Assembly: GCA_036918135.1 (NCBI GenBank)
Contig: JBALDB010000067.1
Location: 128,001 to 192,000 of the forward strand
Source: Nostoc sp.
Lineage (GTDB): Bacteria > Cyanobacteriota > Cyanobacteriia > Cyanobacteriales > Nostocaceae
DNA length: 64,000 nucleotides
Reading direction: 5' to 3'
This document shows, piece after piece, positions 40,931 through 50,304 of this stretch. Each line of letters begins with the position of its first letter. Position 1 is the stretch's first letter. The notes beneath the pieces were generated by a model. The model had not been told where the DNA came from. It saw only the letters and a program-made list of their open reading frames with translations, and ran no database searches. A program made the position numbers and the translations under genes.

Positions 40931-42139
40931 ATGATGGAACTCTCTGCTCAACAAAAAAATGCTAAAGCTGAATTTAGAGCTTTTGCTAATCAGGAAATAT
41001 GTCCTAATGCTGGGGAATGGGATAAGAAAGAATTTACCCCACCAGAACTAATTAAGAAAATAGCTCAATGTGGTTTTCTTGGTGCTATATTGCCCCAAGA
41101 ATATGGCGGTCAAAAAATGGACATGATTACCTATGGCATTCTTAATGAGGAAATCGGACGCGGATGTTCTTCTATTAGGAGTTTGCTGACAGTTCACAAC
41201 ATGGTTGCTCATGCTTTGTGTAAATGGGGTAATAAATCTCAAAAACAGTATTGGCTTCCAAAATTTGCATCTGGAGAAGTCATCGCTGCTTTTGCATTAA
41301 GCGAGCCGAATGTCGGTAGCGATGCCAAAAGTGTAGAAACAACAGTAACACTTACTGGTGATGCTTATGTCTTAAATGGGCAAAAAAAATGGATTACCTA
41401 TGGACAAATAGCAGATGTATTTTTAGTCTTTGCTAAATGTGAGGAAAAACCCACTGCTTTTTTAGTTGAAAAAAATAGTCCTGGATTTTCAGTTAAACCA
41501 ATGTCTGGGATTTTAGGTGTTAGAGCTTCAATGTCAGCAGAATTGCAGTTTAACAATTGTCAAATTCCTCAAGAAAATTTAGTAGGTAAATTAGGTTTTG
41601 GATTTTCCTACATTGCGGCTACTGCACTTGATTATGGTAGATATAGTGTGGCATCGGGTTGTGTAGGTATTGCTCAAGCATGTTTGGAGGCTTGTATCAA
41701 GTATACAAATGAACGAAAACAGTTTGGCGTTTATCTCAAAGAACATCAATTAATCCGCCAAATGATTACTCAGATGATAACTAACGTTAAAGCAGCAAGA
41801 TTGTTATGTTACCAAGCTGGTTATCTCAAAGACATTAACGACCCTAACTCAATTATGGAAACTTCTATTGCTAAGTACTTTGCATCCACAGTAGCTACCA
41901 AAATAGCAAATGATGCCGTGCAAATTCATGGTGGCAATGGTTGTAGCAGTGAGTACCCAGTTGAAAGGTATTTACGCGACTCGAAAGTTATGGAAATCAT
42001 CGAAGGTAGTACTCAAATTCAAGAGATTACTATTGCAGAGTCAGGTTATCAAGATTATTTTTTTTCAAGTATAACTACTAATTCAAATAAAAAAGTATTG
42101 GATGAAAAGAATATTTTTCTAGCTACTAATAATAGCTAG
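40931..42139 (+). CDS. Acyl-CoA dehydrogenase family, FkbI/ZmaE-like
   Basis: FALSEPNVGSD, LNGQKKWIT, RKQFG, QIHGGNG, IIEGSTQIQ. Confidence 0.9.
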   Translation: MMELSAQQKNAKAEFRAFANQEICPNAGEWDKKEFTPPELIKKIAQCGFLGAILPQEYGGQKMDMITYGILNEEIGRGCSSIRSLLTVHNMVAHALCKWGNKSQKQYWLPKFASGEVIAAFALSEPNVGSDAKSVETTVTLTGDAYVLNGQKKWITYGQIADVFLVFAKCEEKPTAFLVEKNSPGFSVKPMSGILGVRASMSAELQFNNCQIPQENLVGKLGFGFSYIAATALDYGRYSVASGCVGIAQACLEACIKYTNERKQFGVYLKEHQLIRQMITQMITNVKAARLLCYQAGYLKDINDPNSIMETSIAKYFASTVATKIANDAVQIHGGNGCSSEYPVERYLRDSKVMEIIEGSTQIQEITIAESGYQDYFFSSITTNSNKKVLDEKNIFLATNNS

Positions 42140-42179
42140 TAGTATTTAAAATCTCAAAACTATTATCAAGGTATATTTC

Positions 42180-43046
42180 ATGCAAGCTCAAACTAGTAAC
42201 TCAATTTTGAGAATTAAAAATCCTAGTCACAAAGAATTTATAGAACTTTGGAAGCAATATCAACCTTTTTTAATTGATGGTGTTGCTGAATATTGGAACG
42301 CCTGTCAAAATTGGTCTAATGATTATCTTTTAAAAAAATGTAAAAATAATATTATCCCTGTAGAATTTTCTCCTAAATCATATTTGGAGAATTTTGAATA
42401 TGTTTTAGAGAAAACTTATGCTAGCGAAGAGATGAAATTAAAAGAATATGTAGATATAATTACTAAAAATAAAAAAGAAATTGATTTTGAATATTATATG
42501 GCTCAGGTAGACTTTGAAAAGTATTTTCCTGAACTAACTGGTGATATAAATTCTCCTGAGTTCTTTAATATAAAACCATTGATTAATTTCTGGTTCGGTT
42601 CCTCTGGTAGAACTAGCACTCTTCACTTCGATCTGGAACATAATATTTTTACTCAAATTCGAGGTAGAAAAAGAATACTTCTGTTTCCTCCTTTTAATTA
42701 TCTATCATTATATCCTCCTCTTAGAGAAAGTGGTGCTCATGCTCATTTTAGTAAAGTAGATCCTATTAACCTCGATTTAGAATTATTTCCAAAATTTCCT
42801 TGGCAAGACAAAATAGAAGTTGTACTTCAAGCTGGAGAAATGCTATATATACCACCTATTTGGTGGCATCATGTAACAGCATTAGATGATAACATATCAT
42901 TGTCATTTTGGTATGATGTAAAAATTCAAGATGTTTTCAAGCAAAAAAAATTTTTATCTACTGTTTTGAATATATTACCTCATTATTTACTTCATTCCAG
43001 TTCTTCTTTAACTAGACTTAAATTAATTATTCAATCTATTTGGTAA
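42180..43046 (+). CDS. JmjC/cupin-8 Fe(II)/2-oxoglutarate oxygenase
   Basis: TLHFD (HxD), QIRGRKR, GEMLYIPPIWWHHV (distal His). Confidence 0.85.
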   Translation: MQAQTSNSILRIKNPSHKEFIELWKQYQPFLIDGVAEYWNACQNWSNDYLLKKCKNNIIPVEFSPKSYLENFEYVLEKTYASEEMKLKEYVDIITKNKKEIDFEYYMAQVDFEKYFPELTGDINSPEFFNIKPLINFWFGSSGRTSTLHFDLEHNIFTQIRGRKRILLFPPFNYLSLYPPLRESGAHAHFSKVDPINLDLELFPKFPWQDKIEVVLQAGEMLYIPPIWWHHVTALDDNISLSFWYDVKIQDVFKQKKFLSTVLNILPHYLLHSSSSLTRLKLIIQSIW

Positions 43047-43202
43047 AAGTAATTTTCAGTAAATTTTTAACAACTATATAAGTGAATAAATAGCTAATAT
43101 GTTAGGTATTATATAAATAGTAAAATAATCAGATAAAGTTCTCAAATCTCAAACTTTAGTTACTACTGTTTTCTAAATAAATTATTAAAGATAGTTAAAA
43201 AG

Positions 43203-44270
43203 ATGATTAGTATTCAAGAGCAAGATATCAATAGTAAACAAGATAAAAAAGTTATTAAATGTGTCGTTTGGGATTTGGATAATACTATATGGTACGGAGT
43301 TTTGCTGGAAGATGAGAAAGTTACTTTGCAAGAAAATATACTTAAAATTATTCATACTTTAGATAGTCGTGGTATTCTCCAATCTATAGCTAGTAAGAAC
43401 GAACGTACTACAGCAATAACTAAACTAGAAGAATTTGGTTTAAAAGAGTATTTTTTATATCCACAAATAAATTGGAATTCTAAAGCAGCTTCTATTAAAG
43501 AAATTGCTAAGTTACTGAATATTGGTCTGGATGCGATCGCTTTCATTGATGACCAATTATTTGAACTAGAAGAAGTAAAATTTTCCTTACCAGAAATTCT
43601 TTGTATAAATGTAGATGAAATAGAAAATATCTTAGATATGCCTGTGATGAATCCCCGTTTTATTACGGAAGATTCACGAATTAGAAGATTGATGTATATT
43701 AGTGATATAGAGCGTCAAAATGCCGAGAAAGAGTTTATTGGTGCAGCAGACGAATTCTTAGCTACTCTGAAGATGAAATTTATCATATCTTCTGCCAAAG
43801 AAGAAGATTTACAACGTGCAGAAGAATTAACATTACGAACTAACCAATTAAATACAACTGGTTATACCTACTCCTATGACGAACTCAATCATTTTCGCTC
43901 TTCAGAAAACCATAAACTACTAATTGCAAGTCTAGAAGATAAGTATGGCACTTACGGAAAAATAGGTTTAACTCTGCTCGAATGTGAAACAGAAATATGG
44001 ACAATCAAGCTTTTGCTGATGTCTTGTCGGGTTATGTCAAGGGGAGTCGGGATAATTATGTTAAATCATATCATGAGTCTGGCTCAAAGCAATAATGTTC
44101 GTCTTGTAGCAGAGTTTATCTCAAATGACCGTAACAGAATGATGTATATATCTTATAAATTTGCCGGGTTTAAGGAAATTAAGAATAATGGTAGTTCAGT
44201 TATTTTGGAAAACGATTTAAGTCGGATTCAACCTATACCTTCATATGTAGATTTTCAAGTAATTGCTTAA
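43203..44270 (+). CDS. FkbH-like glyceryl-ACP synthase (HAD-IIIC)
   Basis: KCVVWDLDNTIW, SIASKN, FIDD, RTNQLN, LMSCRV. Confidence 0.93.
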   Translation: MISIQEQDINSKQDKKVIKCVVWDLDNTIWYGVLLEDEKVTLQENILKIIHTLDSRGILQSIASKNERTTAITKLEEFGLKEYFLYPQINWNSKAASIKEIAKLLNIGLDAIAFIDDQLFELEEVKFSLPEILCINVDEIENILDMPVMNPRFITEDSRIRRLMYISDIERQNAEKEFIGAADEFLATLKMKFIISSAKEEDLQRAEELTLRTNQLNTTGYTYSYDELNHFRSSENHKLLIASLEDKYGTYGKIGLTLLECETEIWTIKLLLMSCRVMSRGVGIIMLNHIMSLAQSNNVRLVAEFISNDRNRMMYISYKFAGFKEIKNNGSSVILENDLSRIQPIPSYVDFQVIA

Positions 44271-44305
44271 TTTTTTAATAATAAAATACTTTCTGAATAA
44301 TATCT

Positions 44306-47300
44306 ATGAATAATAAAGCAGATGAAATTATTAAACGACGTTCTCAACTCTCACCTGCCAAACAAGCACTTTTAGAAAAGCGCTTACGAGGTGAGGAGCA
44401 TCCTAATACTCAAAAAATAGTTATTCCTCCTCGTACCCAGCAAAGTCCTGCTCCTCTATCTTTAGCTCAGCAAGGACTATGGTTTTTTCAACAGTTAGAA
44501 TCCCAAAGTTCTGTTTATAACGAATTCGCATGTATACAATTAAAAGGTGTTCTTAATTTAGCAGCTCTAGAGAAGAGTCTGAATGAGATTATTAGACGCC
44601 ATGAATCTTTGCGTACCTGCTTTGAAATTTTGAATGAGCAGCCAGTTCAAGTGATTCATCCCACTTTGACTGTAAAGTTACCAGTTGTGAACTTGAGCAA
44701 TTTACCACAAGCATTGCAAAATGCTGAAGTTGAGCAACTAACTGCTGAAATTGCTCAAAAGCCTTTTGACTTAGCATTCAGTCCCTTGCTGCGAGCGATG
44801 TTATTGCAAATAGGCGAGCAGGAACATTTACTTTTATTAGTTATCCACCATATAGTCTGTGATGGCTGGTCAATACAAATACTTAACCAAGAATTAGCAG
44901 TACTATACGAAAGTTTCTGTGCTGAAAAATCTTCCCCACTTTCAAAACTACCCATTCAATACGCAGACTATTCTATTTGGCAGCGTCAGTGGTTGCAAGG
45001 TGAGCGCGAAACAACTCAACTTTCTTATTGGAAGCAGCAATTGGCAGATGCTCCAACGACTTTGGCTCTGCCTACAGACCGTCAGCGCCCTCCAATACAA
45101 AGTTTCCAAGGAGCAACTAGCCCTTTTAAGCTATCACCGCGCTTGACTAGTATGCTTAAGTCTTTAAGCAACCAGCAAGGGGTTACTTTGTTTATGACCC
45201 TATTAGCGGCATTTCAAGCACAATTATACCGCTATACAAACCAAGAAGATATCTGCGTCGGCTCTCCAATAGCTAACCGCAACCATACTAATATTGAAGG
45301 ATTAATCGGTTTTTTTGTCAACACCCTTGTGCTGCGTACTGACCTTTCTAGGAATCCAAGTTTTCTAGAATTACTCGGTCGAGTGCGCGAAGTATGCGTG
45401 GGTGCTTATGCTCATACTGATATACCTTTCGAGCGAGTGGTGGCAGAACTGCATCCTGAACGGAATCTCAGTCATACTCCCTTATTTCAAGTCATGTTTG
45501 CTTTGCAGGAAGATAGCAAAAAAGATTTAGTATTGCCTGGTTTGACTCTCAAATGGCTTGACAATCACAGTCAGACAGCTAAGTTTGATTTAACACTGTT
45601 TGTGATGGACGCCAAATCAGAACTTTGGGGGTTTTGGGAGTACAATACTGACCTGTTTGATGCTGCCACTATTGAGCGGATGAACGGGCATTTGATTAAT
45701 TTGCTGGAAGCTATTGTTACCGACCCCCAGAAGCGCTTATCAGATTTGCCACTGTTGACAAATGCAGAGCAGCAAACTCTGTTAGGTAAGTGGAATGATA
45801 CCACTACCAATTACTCTGAGGAAAAATGTATCCATGAATTGTTTGAAGCCCAAGTAGAAAGAACGCCGGACGCCCTAGCAGTGGTTTTTGAGGAAGAACA
45901 ACTTACCTATCGGGAACTGAACCTCAGAGCGAATCAGCTAGCCCACCATTTGCAAGCTTTAGGCGTCAAACCAGAGGTGCTAGTGGGACTTTGCACAGAG
46001 CGTTCAATCGAGATGATAATTGGGCTATTAGCCATCCTCAAAGCTGGCGGAGCCTACGTACCGATTGACCCAACTTATCCGCAGCAGCGATTAGCTTTAG
46101 TGCTAAATAATGCTCAACTAACAATATTGCTTACGCAACAAAACTTACTGGCAAAGCTACCAGCACATACAGCAAAAGTTCTTTGCTTAGATGAGATTCA
46201 TTGGCAAGGCATATCCTCAGCAATCCCACAAAATCCAGTAAATCAAACCAATCCTCTAAATATAGCCTATGTAATTTATACATCAGGCTCTACTGGCATA
46301 CCCAAAGCTGTGACAATCCAACATCAGTCTTTGGTAAACTTTGTCCAAGCTGCAATAACACAGTACGAACTACAACCACAAGACCGCATCTTACAATTTG
46401 CCTCTATTAGCTTTGATGCTGCTTGTGAAGAAATTTTTCCTTGTTTGCTGCACGGTGCGACTTTGGTATTGCGAACTGATGAAATGTTGGTTTCAATTAA
46501 AGCTTTCAATCAAAAATGTCAACAGCATTGCATATCGGTTTTAGATTTACCTACTGCTTTTTGGCATCAACTAACCTCAGAACTTGCAACCTCAGCATTA
46601 AAGTTACCAGAATCACTACGCCTAGTGATTATTGGTGGCGAAAAAGCCTTGCCAGACAAGGTTAACACTTGGCGACAGCAAGTACCAAGCATACGTTTGA
46701 TTAATAGCTATGGGCCAACAGAAACTACAGTGGTGGCTACAGTTTGCGACTTGGCAACTGTAGAAGTACAAGTGCCCATTGGCAAAGCGATCGCCAATGT
46801 GCAAACCTATGTGTTAGATTCTAATTTACAACCAGTTCCCATCGGCATTTGGGGCGAATTGTACGTTGGAGGAATTGGGGTAGCCAGAGGCTATCTGCAT
46901 CAACCAGAACTAACAGCTCAGAAGTTTATCCCAAATCCTTTTAGCGAGCGGCTAGGTTCTCGTCTTTACAAAACAGGCGATCGGGTACGCTACCGCAATG
47001 ATGGTCAAATTGAATTCAATGGTCGTGTTGACAACCAAGTAAAAATTAGGGGTTTCCGTATTGAGCTAGGGGAAATAGAAGCATTGCTCGATGAACATCC
47101 TTATGTTCGGGAAGCTACAGTAGTTTCTCGCAAAGGCAAAGATGTCTCAGATTCCCAGCAGTTAGTAGCCTATGTAGTTGCCAGTACATCTGATGTTGTC
47201 AAAGGGCAGACATCAGCAGTTGATTTGAACACTCAACAAGCCTCGCAGTGGCAAGCAGTTTTTGATAGTCTCTATAACGAGTTAGACTTAGAACAACAGT

Positions 47301-50290
47301 CAGGTTTTTATATTAAAGGCTGGGAAAGTAGCTATACAGGCTTGCATCTCCCCGATGAACAAGTACGTGAGTGGATGGAGCAAACAGTTGAGCGGATTTC
47401 AGCTTTACAACCAACCCAAATTCTAGAAATTGGTTGTGGTGGAAGCGGTTTAATGCTTTTACACTTTGCTGCTGATTGCACGCAATACTGTGCAACTGAC
47501 ATTTCACAAAATGCTCTCAACATTCTCCAGCAACAATTAAGCAACTTAGGGCAAGATCTGTCAGCAGTGAGTTTCATCCAGAAAGGAGCAGATGACTTCA
47601 CTGGTATGAGTACAGATAGTTTCGATGCTGTATTCATCGTCTCAGTAGCCCAATATTTTCCGAGTATTGATTATTTATTAAAAGTATTGGAAGGTGCTGT
47701 AAATGTAGTCCAGCCTGGAGGCTTTATATTTTTAGGAGATGTTCGCAATTTCCGCTTACTAGAAGCTTTTCACACCTCTGTTCAATTACATAAAGCATCA
47801 GCCTCTCTGTCTGTCGCAAATTTACAGCAACGCGTGCAAAAGCAAATATTTGCAGAGAAACAGTTAGTTATCGATCCAGCTTTTTTCATCGCCTTAAAAC
47901 AGCATCTACCTAAAATTAGTCATGTAGAAATTCATCTCCAACGCGGGCACTTTCATAATGAATTAACTAAATTCCGCTACGATGTGATTATCCATATAGG
48001 GCATAACAATCCTCCAGTAGATATTTCATGGTTAGATTGGCAGCAAGCAAAGTTGACGCTTGCATCTGTTCGTGAATTACTTATAGAGACTCAGCCGGAT
48101 ATTTTAGGAATTGTTAATGTGCCTAATGCTCGTGTCTTGGCAGATGTCAAAGCTGTGGAATTACTCAAAAACTCCCAAGACTTGACAAATGTTAGTCAGT
48201 TACACCAAGCTCTCCAAGCAATAGCAACAAATGGCATCGACCCGGAAGAATTATGGGCTTTGAGTGAAGAACTACCTTACACCATCGATATTAGTTGGTC
48301 AGATGATAGTGTTAATGGTGAATACAAAGTAGTATTCAAAAGCCGCACCGTAGCCTCACAGATGAAGCCGATAGTGGTAGCTCCTCCTTGCACTGGAAAA
48401 ACTACTAGCTATCAGATTTGGAGTGATTGTGCTAATACTCCACTACAGCAGATGTCTAATACTCAAGTTGTATCCATATTACGGCAGTATTTAGAAGAAA
48501 AGTTACCAAACTACATGCTGCCAGCAGCTTTTGTAATTCTAGAAGCGCTGCCACTTACCCCTAATGGTAAAGTCGATCGTAAGGCTTTGCCGGAGCCTGA
48601 CCGAATCCGCCCAGAATTAGAAGAAACCTATATTGCACCTCAGACGAGTGTTGAAAAACAATTAGCTGTGATTTGGGCACAAGTACTTGGCTTAGAAAAA
48701 GTAGGTATCAATGATAAATTCTTTGAACTGGGTGGAGATTCTATTCTCAGTCTTCAAGTTATATCTAAAGCGAACCTTGCAGGACTACACCTGACACCCA
48801 AACAATTGTTCCAGCACCAAACCATTGCCCAACTAGCAACAGTTGTTAGCAGCAATATCTCAATTTCAGCCGAACAAGGTTTGGTAACTGGCTCATTCCC
48901 CTTAACACCTATCCAGCGCTGGTTTTTTGAGGAAAATTTTTCCAACCCCGATTACTACAATCAAGCTGTTTTACTAGAGGTACAACAAGCACTCAATCCA
49001 GTAATTCTAGAGCAAGTAGTAAATTATTTGCTACAACACCACGACTCGCTGCGATCGCAATTCATCCAAGAATCATCGAAATGGCAGGCAAGGATTGGGG
49101 AATTTCAGCAGGTAGCGCCAATTACAGTCATCGATTTATCTACATTACCTCCAGAAAGCCAAAGTGCCGCCATTACTGCAACTTGTAGCGAACTCCAAGC
49201 CAGTCTTAGCTTATCTGGACAATTGCTGCAAGTTGCTTTATTTAATCTTGGTGTCAATCAGCACAGCCGCCTATTTATTGTGATTCATCACTTGGTTGTA
49301 GATGGTGTCTCTTGGCGGATTTTATTGGAAGACTTGCAGACAGCTTACATACAGCTAAGTCGGCGTGAAACCATCAAATTACCGCCAAAAACTACTTCTT
49401 TTAAACAATGGGCTGAGCAACTGCAAGAATATGCTCAATCAGCAGCAGCGGAAATAGATTATTGGTTGCAACCGCGTCAGCCCTGTTCCTCCTTACCTGT
49501 AGATTATCCAGGTGGGAATAATACAATCGGTTCTGCTGCAAGTGTTACAGTCGCCTTGAGTGCAGCAGAAACCCAAGCTTTGTTGCAAGATGTACCAGCC
49601 GCTTACCGGACTCAAATCAATGACGTGTTACTCGTAGCACTCGTACAAACATTTGCTAAGTGGACTGGACAAACCACCCTGTTGTTAGACTTAGAGGGAC
49701 ATGGCAGGGAAGAAATATTAACAAATGCAGACATCTCGCGCACAATTGGTTGGTTTACCAGTATATTTCCCATTATCTTGAGTATAGAAAAGACTAGCAA
49801 CCCTGGAGAAGCTTTAAAAATGGTAAAAGAGCAACTGCGCCGGATACCAAATCGGGGTATCGGCTATGGAGTGCTGTACTACCTGAATGAAGATCCGCAA
49901 ATAACTGGGGTATTGCGTTCTCTATCGAAACCAGAAGTGAGTTTTAATTACCTCGGTCAGCTAGACCAAGTATTAAATACCTCTTCAATGTTTAAATTTG
50001 CTAGTGAATCTGATGGTAGCAACCAAAGCGATCGCCATCATCGCTCACACTTGCTGGAAATTGACAGCAGTATTATTTCAGGTCAGCTGAAATTGCAGTG
50101 GCGTTACAGTCATAACCTGCACAAACAATCTACAGTGGAAACTCTCGCACAGGGGTTTATCGAGGCGTTGCGCTCGATAATTGCCCATTGTCAATCACCC
50201 GAAGCAGTTGGTTTTACGCCTTCTGACTTTCCTTTGGTGCAGTTAAACCAAGCAGAACTCGATTTAGCTTTGCAACAAATTTCATTTTAA
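44306..50290 (+). CDS. NRPS module C-A-(MT)-PCP-E; A code DAEDIGSVVK, predicted basic residue (Lys/Arg-like)
   Basis: C HHIVCDGWS; MT inserted in the A domain (GWESSYTG, LEIGCGGSG, QYFPS); PCP GGDSI; E HHLVVDGVSW and EGHGRE; COM tail FTPSDFP. Confidence 0.93.
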   Translation: MNNKADEIIKRRSQLSPAKQALLEKRLRGEEHPNTQKIVIPPRTQQSPAPLSLAQQGLWFFQQLESQSSVYNEFACIQLKGVLNLAALEKSLNEIIRRHESLRTCFEILNEQPVQVIHPTLTVKLPVVNLSNLPQALQNAEVEQLTAEIAQKPFDLAFSPLLRAMLLQIGEQEHLLLLVIHHIVCDGWSIQILNQELAVLYESFCAEKSSPLSKLPIQYADYSIWQRQWLQGERETTQLSYWKQQLADAPTTLALPTDRQRPPIQSFQGATSPFKLSPRLTSMLKSLSNQQGVTLFMTLLAAFQAQLYRYTNQEDICVGSPIANRNHTNIEGLIGFFVNTLVLRTDLSRNPSFLELLGRVREVCVGAYAHTDIPFERVVAELHPERNLSHTPLFQVMFALQEDSKKDLVLPGLTLKWLDNHSQTAKFDLTLFVMDAKSELWGFWEYNTDLFDAATIERMNGHLINLLEAIVTDPQKRLSDLPLLTNAEQQTLLGKWNDTTTNYSEEKCIHELFEAQVERTPDALAVVFEEEQLTYRELNLRANQLAHHLQALGVKPEVLVGLCTERSIEMIIGLLAILKAGGAYVPIDPTYPQQRLALVLNNAQLTILLTQQNLLAKLPAHTAKVLCLDEIHWQGISSAIPQNPVNQTNPLNIAYVIYTSGSTGIPKAVTIQHQSLVNFVQAAITQYELQPQDRILQFASISFDAACEEIFPCLLHGATLVLRTDEMLVSIKAFNQKCQQHCISVLDLPTAFWHQLTSELATSALKLPESLRLVIIGGEKALPDKVNTWRQQVPSIRLINSYGPTETTVVATVCDLATVEVQVPIGKAIANVQTYVLDSNLQPVPIGIWGELYVGGIGVARGYLHQPELTAQKFIPNPFSERLGSRLYKTGDRVRYRNDGQIEFNGRVDNQVKIRGFRIELGEIEALLDEHPYVREATVVSRKGKDVSDSQQLVAYVVASTSDVVKGQTSAVDLNTQQASQWQAVFDSLYNELDLEQQSGFYIKGWESSYTGLHLPDEQVREWMEQTVERISALQPTQILEIGCGGSGLMLLHFAADCTQYCATDISQNALNILQQQLSNLGQDLSAVSFIQKGADDFTGMSTDSFDAVFIVSVAQYFPSIDYLLKVLEGAVNVVQPGGFIFLGDVRNFRLLEAFHTSVQLHKASASLSVANLQQRVQKQIFAEKQLVIDPAFFIALKQHLPKISHVEIHLQRGHFHNELTKFRYDVIIHIGHNNPPVDISWLDWQQAKLTLASVRELLIETQPDILGIVNVPNARVLADVKAVELLKNSQDLTNVSQLHQALQAIATNGIDPEELWALSEELPYTIDISWSDDSVNGEYKVVFKSRTVASQMKPIVVAPPCTGKTTSYQIWSDCANTPLQQMSNTQVVSILRQYLEEKLPNYMLPAAFVILEALPLTPNGKVDRKALPEPDRIRPELEETYIAPQTSVEKQLAVIWAQVLGLEKVGINDKFFELGGDSILSLQVISKANLAGLHLTPKQLFQHQTIAQLATVVSSNISISAEQGLVTGSFPLTPIQRWFFEENFSNPDYYNQAVLLEVQQALNPVILEQVVNYLLQHHDSLRSQFIQESSKWQARIGEFQQVAPITVIDLSTLPPESQSAAITATCSELQASLSLSGQLLQVALFNLGVNQHSRLFIVIHHLVVDGVSWRILLEDLQTAYIQLSRRETIKLPPKTTSFKQWAEQLQEYAQSAAAEIDYWLQPRQPCSSLPVDYPGGNNTIGSAASVTVALSAAETQALLQDVPAAYRTQINDVLLVALVQTFAKWTGQTTLLLDLEGHGREEILTNADISRTIGWFTSIFPIILSIEKTSNPGEALKMVKEQLRRIPNRGIGYGVLYYLNEDPQITGVLRSLSKPEVSFNYLGQLDQVLNTSSMFKFASESDGSNQSDRHHRSHLLEIDSSIISGQLKLQWRYSHNLHKQSTVETLAQGFIEALRSIIAHCQSPEAVGFTPSDFPLVQLNQAELDLALQQISF

Positions 50291-50304
50291 GGGAGAGAAA
50301 CAAG

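Noticed and set aside
39768..42139. Fatty-acid beta-oxidation operon
   Set aside because: The VNS-type ACP and FkbH neighbours, with no thiolase or enoyl-CoA hydratase, point to extender-unit biosynthesis
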